A stretch of DNA of 64,000 bases from Candidatus Melainabacteria bacterium 17Bon1m (GTDB lineage: Bacteria; Cyanobacteriota; Vampirovibrionia; Obscuribacterales; Obscuribacteraceae): contig JAVLKG010000005.1 of the NCBI GenBank assembly GCA_032128875.1, forward strand, positions 64,001 through 128,000. The letters are read 5' to 3'. How positions within the stretch are numbered: the stretch's first letter is position 1; every line of letters begins with the position of its first letter. The position numbers were made by a program, and so were the translations under genes. Of this stretch, positions 39,224-49,067 are shown one piece after another. The notes beneath the pieces were generated by a model that was given only the letters and a program-made list of their open reading frames with translations, did no database searches and was not told the DNA's origin.

Positions 39224-39363
39224 GGGAGCCGCATGCGGCTCCCCGCCAGGGAAGCGCATGCGCTTCCCCTACGATTCAAAAAAACGCATGCGCTTTCCCT
39301 ACGATTCAAAAAAGCGCATGCGTTTCCCCTACGATTGAAAGAAACGCATGCGCGACCTCTACG
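39221..39363 (-). repeat. Cluster of GTAG-type REP-like palindromes, 30-nt period
   Basis: Five CGCATGCG-centred units; CTACG recurs at 39269, 39299, 39329 and 39359 (GTAG on the minus strand). Confidence 0.8.
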
Positions 39364-41173
39364 TTCTGGGTGGTCCGTTAAGCGGGATTCTCAGCCAGAA
39401 TTCGCAGCCTTTCGGTTGCACGTTGCGCACTCCAATTTCACCGCCATGCGCTTCGACGAGTGCCTTGCAAATTGCCAAACCCAGCCCAGAGCCTTTCTTC
39501 TCGCCTTCCGAGCGAGTTCCGACCTGTCGATATTTTTCAAAGACGAGTTCGATTTTCTCCGGTGGTATTCCGGGACCTTCATCGCGAATTGAGAATTCAG
39601 CCCATTTTCCATCTTCGGATGGTTTTGCTATGAGAGTCACCGTGCTATTGGAGGGAGCGAATTTGATTGCGTTTCCCAGAAGATTTACCAGTGTGCGATT
39701 GATTCTCTCGCCGTCTGCTCGCACTTCGAAGCTCTCGCACTGCATGTCGAGTTTTATCTGTTTTTTCTCTGCGCTGGGCTCTACCATATCGCGGGCAATG
39801 TGAATGATTGACGACACAGGATGCGACTCGACATCAAGAGTCAGTCCACCGGCCTCGAAGTTTTCAACGTCGAGCAAGTCATTGATCATGTTGATCAGAT
39901 AGTCTGATGATTGCTGGGCGTTTTTCATAGTGGCCACACCACGCTCAGTGAGCGGACCATAGACGCCTTGTCCTGCGCATTCGATGATCAGTTTGATTGA
40001 CGAAATTGGAGTGCGCAAATCATGGCTGATCATCGCGAGCATGTCTTTTTTCAGGTTTTCCGCGGCGACTTTCTCAGTGATATCGAGGACGACGCAGAAG
40101 AATGTTTTGTCTTTCTCCGACCAGCTGGTCGTCCATTCTGTTGATTTGTAGTGCCCGTTGAGGTCTCTAAGCCGACATTCGAAAACTACTTCTTCTGATG
40201 AAAGCTTGCGTGTTGAGAGTTTTTCATGCACAAGATCACGATCTTCCGGATGTACAAGCGAGACTAAATTTGTCCCAATTATCTGTTCTGGTTCGTAGCC
40301 AAAACGCCTTGTTACAGCTGGATTTATTTGAGAAATTTTGCCTGATTGATCGAGCGAACAAATGACTTGAACTGTCCTATCAACCAGTGCGCGCTCTTTT
40401 TGTCTTGCTGCATCGAGTTCTTGCGCAATGGTATGAAAAGCGCTGTCCAGTCGCCCCAATTCGTCACTGCCGCCAATGGGCAGATGCAATTGTTTGCCCA
40501 TGCCCAGGTTCATCGTGTTGGACATGAGGACGTTCCACTTGCGTGAAAATCCGAGTGTCATCCACGTGGCGAAAGCAATCGCGAGCAAGACATTTGCCAC
40601 AGTCATGATTGAGATGGTCTCTTGTAGCTTGGTGCGGGCTTCTGATTGCGCTTTCTGCAGAGCGACTTGTCTTGTTTGTTGGTCATCCAGGAGCTCTTTG
40701 CCGGCGATCTCTATGCGCTTGTTCATGTTCATGAACTTGGCGACGAATCGCTGCTCGTTGACTTCGAACGTGTCTGCCGCGATGCCCGCGATACTCATTG
40801 AAGTCTCATTGATTTCCTGAATGATGCTGAGAAAGCGGTCGATTGTGGGCGGACGATTCGGCATTTGTGCAACTTCCTCTTGCAGTTGCTTCGAGTGAGC
40901 CATCAGATCTGTCGCGACCGATTGTGCTGCCGTGATATGCCTTTTGTCGTGACTCATTTTGAACAGCATTAAGCTGCCGCCGGCCAGGTTGGTTTCTTGA
41001 AACACCAGGGTAACAAGGGTCAGAACCTTGGATGCTTTATTCTGCTGCTCTATGAACGCCTGCAGCTCGGACAAGTTTTTCAAAAGCGTGACTAAAAACA
41101 CCGCCTCGATTAAAAGCGGCAAGATTATCGCCAAAAGGATTTGATGGGTTAGTTTGAGCTTTGGCTTTAGCAT
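39359..41173 (-). CDS. Membrane PAS sensor histidine kinase (intact)
   Basis: 2 TM, HAMP, PAS, SHDLRTP, NAIKF, DEGPGI, GSGLGL. Confidence 0.93.
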   Translation of the reverse strand: MLKPKLKLTHQILLAIILPLLIEAVFLVTLLKNLSELQAFIEQQNKASKVLTLVTLVFQETNLAGGSLMLFKMSHDKRHITAAQSVATDLMAHSKQLQEEVAQMPNRPPTIDRFLSIIQEINETSMSIAGIAADTFEVNEQRFVAKFMNMNKRIEIAGKELLDDQQTRQVALQKAQSEARTKLQETISIMTVANVLLAIAFATWMTLGFSRKWNVLMSNTMNLGMGKQLHLPIGGSDELGRLDSAFHTIAQELDAARQKERALVDRTVQVICSLDQSGKISQINPAVTRRFGYEPEQIIGTNLVSLVHPEDRDLVHEKLSTRKLSSEEVVFECRLRDLNGHYKSTEWTTSWSEKDKTFFCVVLDITEKVAAENLKKDMLAMISHDLRTPISSIKLIIECAGQGVYGPLTERGVATMKNAQQSSDYLINMINDLLDVENFEAGGLTLDVESHPVSSIIHIARDMVEPSAEKKQIKLDMQCESFEVRADGERINRTLVNLLGNAIKFAPSNSTVTLIAKPSEDGKWAEFSIRDEGPGIPPEKIELVFEKYRQVGTRSEGEKKGSGLGLAICKALVEAHGGEIGVRNVQPKGCEFWLRIPLNGPPRT

Positions 41174-41346
41174 GGGTCGGTAATTGGTCGACAACAGGCA
41201 CACGTTTTACCCTGTGACGCCTGTGACCCTTGTAACTCGTAAATTCTACGGGACTCAACTGCAGATTCGAAGCAATATGGAATATGATTTGTGGAAAATA
41301 GCTGTGTCCGCACCCGTCTGGTCATTCAGGAGATATTGACAGCTTC

Positions 41347-42012
41347 ATGGCTAGAATTTTGGTGATTGAAGACGACCACACTCAGCTTGACATTATCGAG
41401 CAGGGGCTTGCGTTTCATGGACATGTGATTGATACCAGTGGTGATGGCACCGATGGTTTGGAACAGTTGCTCGCCCACCACTACGACCTGGCAATTATCG
41501 ATTGGGATTTGCCGGGGTTGCAGGGCGTGGACGTCTGCAACAAGTACCGGAACTCCGGCGGGCAGGCCGCTGTGCTTTTTCTCACTGGTAAGTCTTCGAT
41601 TACGAATAAGGTACAGGCGTTCGACTGTGGCGCCGATGATTATCTGACCAAGCCCTTTTCCTATGCAGAACTCCTAGCGCGCGTCAAAGCCCTTCTGCGC
41701 CGTCCACATGCGATGGAGAGTGAAAAATTCGTCTATCAAGAAATCACTCTCGATATGGTCACCAAAGTCGCCACAGTGAATGGAAAAGACATCGGGTTAA
41801 CACCGGGTGAGTTTGCTCTTCTAGAACTGTTTGTGAAAAACCCCGGGCGCTTGTTCGGAGCCGCCGAACTTTTGGACCGCGTTTTCAAATCAGAAACCGA
41901 CCAGGAAGCGGTACGCCAAAGAGTCATGCGCCTCAGGAAGAAGTTGGCGGTCGATGGCAAAGACGAATCGCGAATCACAACGCAAAAAGGCTTCGGATAT
42001 AAATTCGAATAG
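41347..42012 (+). CDS. OmpR/PhoB-family response regulator
   Basis: ILVIEDD, IIDWDLPG, GADDYLTKPF, GFGY. Confidence 0.93.
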   Translation: MARILVIEDDHTQLDIIEQGLAFHGHVIDTSGDGTDGLEQLLAHHYDLAIIDWDLPGLQGVDVCNKYRNSGGQAAVLFLTGKSSITNKVQAFDCGADDYLTKPFSYAELLARVKALLRRPHAMESEKFVYQEITLDMVTKVATVNGKDIGLTPGEFALLELFVKNPGRLFGAAELLDRVFKSETDQEAVRQRVMRLRKKLAVDGKDESRITTQKGFGYKFE

Positions 42013-42390
42013 TAAGAAGATGAGACGCTAGCATAGCGTCGCGAAGCTGACAAGCGGAGGGTTGCGCGAGCACTGCTCACTGTTCGCGGCAGATGAACTC
42101 TAACAAATTCGATTCTGAGGCTAGGATCTAGGCTTTAGAGCTTGCGTCCACCTCTGCGCACGCGTAGGGTGAAAATATCACTTATTCCTCCAACCTTGTC
42201 CGGAAACAAATCGAAGAAAACACGGCAACTGCCCTATTTACCTTCTTCCTTCTTCGCATTTTCGTGTGTTGTCTTGATCTGCGCCATAGAGCAAACTTCC
42301 AGCCTGCCCCACATTGCAGAGACTGGTAGTTTGGTGCAGCTGACTAACATGACGTGCGAATTATCCGGCGATGCAGAGGAAATTTGTGAT

Positions 42391-42834
42391 TAGCAAGCCC
42401 TCGACACAAGCGAGAGGCTAGGTCCGAAAAACGTAGCAGCAGTGGCGATACCTAACGGTATGAACGAAGCGAACTTCAGATAGCCTGAGTCGAATACAGA
42501 AAGAGCGACCCTTTGCGAGTTTTTCCCGCAAACGTTCCTCAAACGAAACACGAATCTAGCCTTGCTGGACTTCGTCGTTTCTATTACATGAACCGTCGAT
42601 GTACGCTCCAACCACTTTGTGGTCGGATTCGTTCCTCGCCGACTCACAGGCTCTCACCGATTGATTGTGGCTTCGCCGAATGGGCGGCGGGCTACTCCAT
42701 CGGATTGCTCTTCGCGACTGGACACGGCTCCCGGCAAACAGCCGGCTGTCCCGTGTCAGCGCGAGGGCGGTTCCCCTTCCGGCGCAATTCCGCGACCGGG
42801 AGAACTTCGTCCAACAACCGAAAGGAAAACTACC
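42391..42834 (+). ncRNA. Candidate large structured leader RNA, family unidentified
   Basis: Long-range helices 42391-42426 with 42551-42567 enclosing several hairpins, plus further multi-helix stems at about 42657-42703 and 42707-42768 with G.U pairs on +. Confidence 0.4.
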
Positions 42835-43194
42835 ATGGCTCGTTTTGATCAGTACATTGGGCTCAACGACTGGGCTCGCAAGACCGTGCTCCGCAAGGAG
42901 AAGGTGCGTCAGTACGGGGTGAACGTGTTCGCTGACGGGAGGCGCAAGCGCTTCTCCAGGTGGACCAATCTCCCGGTGGCGCGCATCCAGGTGATTGGCA
43001 TTCTGCACGGCGTCTACACGGGTAAGGTCGCAGACCTGCACCGTTACACGATGTCGAACGGCAAGGTGTACGAGGAGTTCGTCCAGGCCACTCCGTGGTC
43101 CGGCGGCCCGATGTACCACATTGCCCTGCGGGATGTGAAGACCGGCAAGGCTGTGCCGGAGTCGCTCTGGACCGACGAAGAGATGGGGTGCTAA
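42835..43194 (+). CDS. Hypothetical protein (119 aa), phage-like
   Basis: AAAGGA RBS, GC3-rich codons; QYIGL and EEFVQATPWSGGP motifs. Confidence 0.75.
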   Translation: MARFDQYIGLNDWARKTVLRKEKVRQYGVNVFADGRRKRFSRWTNLPVARIQVIGILHGVYTGKVADLHRYTMSNGKVYEEFVQATPWSGGPMYHIALRDVKTGKAVPESLWTDEEMGC

Positions 43195-43246
43195 CAACAC
43201 CTCGTCTTGACGTTTCCGGGTAAAACCGGAGGTCGCTGATGGACCG

Positions 43247-43302
43247 GAGTAGCGCACGGGCGCCCCTTAAAACGGGTGCCCCTGCGTCTACTCTTCTTGT
43301 TT
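43247..43302 (+). terminator. Probable intrinsic terminator
   Basis: GAGTAG-CGCA-C-GGGCGCCC...GGGTGCCC-C-TGCG-T-CTACTC followed by TTCTTGTTT. Confidence 0.65.
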
Positions 43303-43386
43303 GAGCTTCTATTAAATGTAATAGTACAAGCTTCGCTTTTTTCAAAATCCGGGATTGCATACCCCAATTCTGTTTCAGGTGTTTTC

Positions 43387-43413
43387 GTCCGAAAAATTTC
43401 AAATTTTTCGGAC
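43387..43413. promoter_or_regulatory. 27-bp palindrome, copy 2; candidate protein-binding site
   Basis: GTCCGAAAAATTT-C-AAATTTTTCGGAC; core identical to 23180-23204. Confidence 0.55.
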
Positions 43414-43570
43414 TATTGCACAACTGACAAAAAAGCCCCCTATGCCCCGTCCGGCTTGGATTTGGGCGCCCGGGCACCCCGACCGTTATTTGAGTGTTAT
43501 GTAGCGGGTGCACACTGAATTTCCCCAGGCACCTCGCTGTCTTATCCCCGGACAGCGACATAGAGAGGAC

Positions 43571-45172
43571 ATGCGTATGGTTCTTACGGCTGCGACAGAC
43601 AGCTCTCCCAGTGCATTTGAATTTGGGGAGAAACAGTCGAAATTCGACGAAAAGAACGAAAAGTCAGAAAATTTCAATTTCCTGGATTTGTATTTCCCCA
43701 AGCACGAGGCGGTGGCTTTGGGTGGCGCCCTTGCAAAAGCTGGTGAAGCGATCGGCGAAGTTGCAGGTAGAGTCAAAGTAAAAGGCACTGACCAACTGCC
43801 AAAAGTTTCAATCGATGATACTTCCAAAGAAGCTGTTGGTATTGCAAATGGTGCCACGGTGGAAGGCGGCGGCAAGCCTGCGCAAAAGCCTGAGCCCACG
43901 CTTGCAACCAACCTCGAAGTAATTCAAATCGCCCGCGCACACTTCAAAGAATTCGATGCTAACGGCGACGGATTTATAACCGAAAGAGAACTTGCGAAGC
44001 AGGTTGAAGATCCAAAGCACACGGGTGTAATGGCGCAAGCAATCGCCGCATTCTACGGCACACATTCGAAAATGGATTTGTCGGCTGACGAAGATTCCGC
44101 CTTCCGGGGATCTTTCGGAATCAGCCGCGCAGACCTAGACAAGGTCGAAGAAGTTATCAAAAAGAAGCAATCTGGAATTGTCGAAAACACATTGGGTGTA
44201 GCCTATCTCGACTCGCTGGATATCAACAAAGATAGGCGTCTGCAGTCCGGTGAAATTCAAATTGCGTTGCACAGAGACTATTTGCCGGAAGAAGAAAAGG
44301 AACTCTTCGAATATTTCATCAAAAACGAGGAGAATGAAAGCCCAGTCAAAATAAGCGACGTGCTGCATTATTTCTCCAGCAAGAAACTGGGCGACAAAGA
44401 AGATGCGATGCTCAGCAAAATGAACTTCTTGATGCGCCATGTTTGGGAAAACCAGCATAACGAAAAGACCTTGTTTGCAGAAGGCAAGGAGAATGACGGT
44501 ATAGGCTTACACGGAATTCAACAAGGAATCATGGGCGATTGCTATTTGTTGGCCTCAATTGCGGCTGTTGCAGAAATGACCCCAGAAACGATAAAGAACA
44601 TGATTGTCGATAACAAGAACGGCACCTACACAGTCACCTTTCCGGGCGCCAAAAACGAACCTCAAACAGTTTGCGCCCCAACCGAAACAGAACTCGGTCT
44701 CTACAATGGTTCGACAGAAAACGGAATTTGGGGATCTGTTATTGAAAAAGCGTATGGGCAATGGTGCAAGGAGAGTTTCACCCGACGCACGCCTCTCAAT
44801 TGGACCGGCGGTTTGACGACCGCTGAAGGTGCAGATGGCGGAGGCTGGCATTTAGATCGCGTTCTCAAACTTCTTACCGGCACGGATGCAGACCAGGACT
44901 GGAACGCTTTTACTTTCAATTCCACCACCCGCCGAAAGCTTCTAGAGCACGTAACTGGCGATGACAAAGTACCGGTCGTTGCCTGGCAAAAATGGTTTCG
45001 CGAGTTTGGTGTGACCGGGGTTGCGAATCACGTCTACAGCGTTTTGGACTTCAATCCGGAAGGCAAGGACGGTGGCACTGTAACTCTATATAACCCTTGG
45101 GGCCACAAGGAGTCCATCACATTCAAGCAATTTACAAAACGCTTTACCGCCTTCGCCTACAGAAACAGGTGA
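43571..45172 (+). CDS. Calpain-family (C2) cysteine protease with N-terminal EF-hands
   Basis: QQGIMGDCYLLAS (Cys), NHVYSV (His), YNPWG (Asn); DANGDGFITERE and DINKDRRLQSGE EF-hand loops. Confidence 0.88.
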   Translation: MRMVLTAATDSSPSAFEFGEKQSKFDEKNEKSENFNFLDLYFPKHEAVALGGALAKAGEAIGEVAGRVKVKGTDQLPKVSIDDTSKEAVGIANGATVEGGGKPAQKPEPTLATNLEVIQIARAHFKEFDANGDGFITERELAKQVEDPKHTGVMAQAIAAFYGTHSKMDLSADEDSAFRGSFGISRADLDKVEEVIKKKQSGIVENTLGVAYLDSLDINKDRRLQSGEIQIALHRDYLPEEEKELFEYFIKNEENESPVKISDVLHYFSSKKLGDKEDAMLSKMNFLMRHVWENQHNEKTLFAEGKENDGIGLHGIQQGIMGDCYLLASIAAVAEMTPETIKNMIVDNKNGTYTVTFPGAKNEPQTVCAPTETELGLYNGSTENGIWGSVIEKAYGQWCKESFTRRTPLNWTGGLTTAEGADGGGWHLDRVLKLLTGTDADQDWNAFTFNSTTRRKLLEHVTGDDKVPVVAWQKWFREFGVTGVANHVYSVLDFNPEGKDGGTVTLYNPWGHKESITFKQFTKRFTAFAYRNR

Positions 45173-45377
45173 CCCATAAAGAGGGCCGCGCGAAATCTGC
45201 TTACCGGTCAAAGAAAAATACGAACCGTTTTATCTCGAGGCACCCTCTGGAGTGATTACAAGAAAGTTCGTTTATACAAAGATCGTATCTGGGGACTTCC
45301 GCGCTTGGGTTATGGGTAAAATTAGCTCGGAATCGCCATTGCTGGAAGTCACGGGATCAATCATCCTTTAGTTCAGC

Positions 45378-47030
45378 GTGAGTAATTGGATGGCCGAAAA
45401 GGGCGTACTGTCGGATTTTAAAAGGCACTTTGCTAATTTGAAGCTTTCGACCAAGCTGTCGTTGAGTTTCGGGATGGTGTTTCTTGCTTTTATCGCGGTC
45501 ATCATAACCGCGTCTCTTACTCTTTCGGAATTGTCTCATTACCAACAAGAGACATTTGTACGAGATTTACCAGCGACAGAAGGCATGGCGACTTTAAGTG
45601 TCAACATTCGTCGTATGAAAACAGCCGTGCAGATGTTCATTCTCCTGGAAGACCCAACAGGCAAAGATAAGGCGATTGCCGAGATTGAAGAGGTGACAAA
45701 GGAGAATGAAGATATCATCGAACAACTGAAAGATATTTTTCAAAGTGATCGTGAAATGAGTGATCTTCTTTCTTCGATTGACCGCCGATTGTCGAATTTC
45801 AGCAAACGGATCAAAGGCGGTTTTATGCCCGCCGGCCTTGATGCAAAAGACCTCTCAGTAAGAACTTCCGCATTGCGCGATGAGCGCGAGAATGTCAATC
45901 AAATGGAAGCCCTGGCCAACGAATTGAAAGACTTGACCACAAAGTACTCTGCCGGACAAACCGCTCGAGCCAAAGATCAAGCTCAGCATTCGATTGGTGT
46001 TTTGTGGACGGTTTGCTTGCTTGGTGTGACTACCTCACTGGCTTTGGTCGTATTGCTATCGCGGATGACTATTTTGCCTCTCAGTCAATTGACCGAGGCA
46101 GCAAAACAGCTTGAAGAATCCAACAATGCCGTGCTCGTGAAAGATGAGGGGCGAACTGACGAGATTGGTGTTCTGACCCGAACCTTCAACAACATGGTCA
46201 CTGCCATCAAAGAACGCGAGGTTGAACGCGACAAAGCGCTTAGCAGGCTGGAAGTCTCAAATGCTGAACTGAAGCAGTTTGCATATGTCGCCGCCCACGA
46301 TTTGAAAGAACCTCTTCGGACGATATCGAACTATCTGTCACTTTTAGGCGAGCGTCTCGACGGTAAGCTGGATGAAAAAGGCGAGCGTTTTTGGAAAACA
46401 GTCGTTGATAGTTCGCATCGTATGGACGCGCTTATTTCCGGGCTTCTGACTTATGCGAAGCTGGGCAGCAAGGCCCTGGCTCCTCGACAAGTCGATATGA
46501 ATGATGTGGTCAATAAAGTCCTCGGCGACCTCAAGGTCGTCCTCAGCGAAACCGGAGCCAAAGTAGAACAGCACAATTTGCCGCTTGTTTATGCGGATGG
46601 CACGCAGATAGGGCAACTGGTGCAAAATCTGATCGCCAACGGAATTAAGTTTCGCGGCAGTAATTCTCCTAAAGTCGCTATTGGTGCTAATCGCGTTTCC
46701 AACGGCTGGATGTTCTATGTCCGTGACAATGGCATCGGCTTTGATATGCAGTTTCAAGACCGGATATTTCTAATTTTCCAGCGTCTGCACGGACGCGATG
46801 ATTATGCCGGGACCGGGCTGGGTCTTGCGGTTTGTAAACGAATTGTCGAACGCCACGGCGGCAAAATCTGGGCCGAATCGAAAGAAGGTGAGGGCTCGAC
46901 TTTCTTCTTCACTTTGCCAGACGACCTGCAAGCTGTGTCTATGAGCGGCAATGGCCCAGACAAAGCCGGTGACGGCGAAATTTTCTCCGGACCCGCCAAC
47001 GCGACAGGCGCCGACACTGCTGTCAGATAA
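45378..47030 (+). CDS. Sensor histidine kinase with four-helix periplasmic sensor and HAMP, Cph1-like kinase core
   Basis: SNAELKQFAYVAAHDLKEPLR, NLIANGIKF, DNGIG, GTGLGLA; start uncertain. Confidence 0.92.
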   Translation: MSNWMAEKGVLSDFKRHFANLKLSTKLSLSFGMVFLAFIAVIITASLTLSELSHYQQETFVRDLPATEGMATLSVNIRRMKTAVQMFILLEDPTGKDKAIAEIEEVTKENEDIIEQLKDIFQSDREMSDLLSSIDRRLSNFSKRIKGGFMPAGLDAKDLSVRTSALRDERENVNQMEALANELKDLTTKYSAGQTARAKDQAQHSIGVLWTVCLLGVTTSLALVVLLSRMTILPLSQLTEAAKQLEESNNAVLVKDEGRTDEIGVLTRTFNNMVTAIKEREVERDKALSRLEVSNAELKQFAYVAAHDLKEPLRTISNYLSLLGERLDGKLDEKGERFWKTVVDSSHRMDALISGLLTYAKLGSKALAPRQVDMNDVVNKVLGDLKVVLSETGAKVEQHNLPLVYADGTQIGQLVQNLIANGIKFRGSNSPKVAIGANRVSNGWMFYVRDNGIGFDMQFQDRIFLIFQRLHGRDDYAGTGLGLAVCKRIVERHGGKIWAESKEGEGSTFFFTLPDDLQAVSMSGNGPDKAGDGEIFSGPANATGADTAVR

Positions 47031-47121
47031 AAACTGCTAGGTAGATAAAACATTGTCTAAAAGCTCTCGATCATACTTTTAGGGGAATGACTGAAGATGT
47101 TTATTGTGACAAGCTAAGGCT

Positions 47122-47595
47122 ATGGTCAGCCTCCTAAGTTTGCCTGCTCTCGTGAATCAAGCGAAACTAGCAAAAGTTGTCGTTGCCGACGATGATCAAT
47201 CGGCGGTAGAACTGCTGCGCGAAGCTTTTGAGCGCTCTGCTATGGCCTGTGAAATTGATGCAGTCTTTAGCGGACAGGCTTTACTGGATTATTTGCGTAA
47301 AGAATCTCCCGATAGCTCTGAGCGACCATCGCTGATTTTGTTGGATTTGAACATGCCGGGCAAGGACGGGCGACAGACCCTCAGCGAGATCAAAGCTGAC
47401 CCGGTGCTCAAGGATATTCCGGTCATTATTATGACCTCTTCCGAGCTGGAAGAGGACATTGAGAAAAGCTATCAATGCGGCGTCAATGCATATTTGAAGA
47501 AGCCTAGTGTTTTTGCGGATTTAGTGAAAATGACCAGCGCCATTAAAGAGTTCTGGTTCGGCTGCGCAACTTTGCCACATCATCCATTCACTTAA
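47122..47595 (+). CDS. Single-domain response regulator (Rcp1-like)
   Basis: PSLILLDLNMPGKDG, IPVIIMTSS, NAYLKKP, FW. Confidence 0.9.
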   Translation: MVSLLSLPALVNQAKLAKVVVADDDQSAVELLREAFERSAMACEIDAVFSGQALLDYLRKESPDSSERPSLILLDLNMPGKDGRQTLSEIKADPVLKDIPVIIMTSSELEEDIEKSYQCGVNAYLKKPSVFADLVKMTSAIKEFWFGCATLPHHPFT

Positions 47596-47680
47596 AGGGT
47601 GATTCGCTGAAATTCAGGCTTTGATAAATTGGACCCGAAGGGTTTGTGATTTTCATCGTTGAATTTTTGGGAATAATCAG

Positions 47681-48169
47681 ATGAGCAACTGGCTGAATGC
47701 AGCTTCGGGACGTGCATGCGTGTGCGCATTCTCTTTCCTTGCAAGCGGTGTGATTTTGTTTGCAGGAATGTTTTTCTCTCCTCGAGCAATGGCGCAAGCA
47801 GATGAAGACAAAGTCCTGGTTGTCTTTGTTTTCGACAAGTCGTGCCGTATTTCATGCGATGCCGTAAGACCGATATTCAGGCAGCTGAAGACAGAATATG
47901 GCGACAAGGTCAAATTCGTTGAACTGGATGTCTCCAAAGACGTTTTGGGTGAGTCACAAAAAACGGCCAAAGCATTGAATGTAAAACGCTTTCTCGATGA
48001 CACGGAAGATTGGTATCCGGCCGTTGGCGTTTTTACGGGCAGTCGCAAAAAGGTAAAAGAAATTTTGGGCGCCAAGCCGAAAGATCAATATGTTCAGGCG
48101 ATTGAAAGAGCGCTTGCAGCACAGCAAAAAGAGGGCACAACAGAGAAGGTGAGGAAATCAAAAGGTTAG
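47681..48169 (+). CDS. Exported thioredoxin-fold protein
   Basis: Signal/TM segment, CRISC, EYGDKVKFVELDV, YP, ILGA. Confidence 0.7.
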   Translation: MSNWLNAASGRACVCAFSFLASGVILFAGMFFSPRAMAQADEDKVLVVFVFDKSCRISCDAVRPIFRQLKTEYGDKVKFVELDVSKDVLGESQKTAKALNVKRFLDDTEDWYPAVGVFTGSRKKVKEILGAKPKDQYVQAIERALAAQQKEGTTEKVRKSKG

Positions 48170-48172
48170 TCA

Positions 48173-48850
48173 TTGCTGCTGGTGAGATTCGCACTTTCAA
48201 AACTTTCCGCAATTTCAAGAGCGTTTTGCGTCGTAATTATTTCGACTGCAGCAATTTTTTCTTTTGGGAAAACACCTGTAGGCGCTCAAACAAAGCGTTT
48301 ATCGCAGGCAGAGCTGAAGTCTCTTGAAACTCAGGGGCGCGAATATTCGAATCGCAGACAGTGGTCGAAAGCGCAAACGGTCTATCGGCAGATACTTCAA
48401 CAACGACAAAAAATGTGGGGCACCCGCGACCCGCGTCTTATCGGGCCACTGAACGACGTCATTCGCGTCACCTGTGTGGATGGCAAATGCTCTGACACTG
48501 TGCCGTTTTTAAAAGATCTTCTGGCGATCAGATTGAAGAAGCTTGGACCCTGGCACGCTGATGTGGCGACGACTTACGCGCTGATCGCCGAAGCCAACGA
48601 AAAGATGCAGCGTTATCCTGAAGCGATTAAGAATTTCAATGAAGCGACAAAAGTAAGAGATCATATTTATGGCAAAACAGCGGGCATCTCGGTGCAATCG
48701 AGAATGAATGTGATTCGAGTCGCCTTAAAGAGAAAGGATAAGGTGGCGGCCAAGGCCATGCTTCAAGAGTGCCAGACGCTTCTTAGCGCTCAGAATAAGC
48801 CTCAACCAGAGCTGGAGAAGGTGCTTTCGTACTACGCCGGCAAAATTTAG
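48173..48850 (+). CDS. Exported TPR protein (kinesin-light-chain-like repeats)
   Basis: LAIRLKKLGPWHADVA-type repeats. Confidence 0.75.
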   Translation: MLLVRFALSKLSAISRAFCVVIISTAAIFSFGKTPVGAQTKRLSQAELKSLETQGREYSNRRQWSKAQTVYRQILQQRQKMWGTRDPRLIGPLNDVIRVTCVDGKCSDTVPFLKDLLAIRLKKLGPWHADVATTYALIAEANEKMQRYPEAIKNFNEATKVRDHIYGKTAGISVQSRMNVIRVALKRKDKVAAKAMLQECQTLLSAQNKPQPELEKVLSYYAGKI

Positions 48851-49067
48851 CGCGGTCTTCTATTCGTAGTCTCCGCCGAAAACCAGTTTTTGTTTCTAAC
48901 TTTGTCACTTTTGATCCGTAAAACCTATGTATAGCCATCCAGGTGGCTGCATCTTCCCTGTTCAATTCAAAGAGCGCCTGCACGCTCGCACGACGAGCAA
49001 ATATAACTGGTTTGGCGAAATCTTCTTTGCGAGGAAGAAATAGCAAACCGCACGGAGATTTCATTTC

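Noticed and set aside
39221..39363. Possible mini-CRISPR array
   Set aside because: Contiguous 30-nt degenerate repeats with no unique spacers and no cas genes
41211..41236. CCTGTGAC direct repeats between the divergent kinase and regulator
   Set aside because: The 9-nt period does not fit typical 10-11-nt OmpR-family boxes and is too short to support a call
42619..42834. 72-codon N-terminal extension of the 42835 gene in the ORF track
   Set aside because: Strong RBS sits at ATG 42835, and the extension is hairpin-rich and not protein-like
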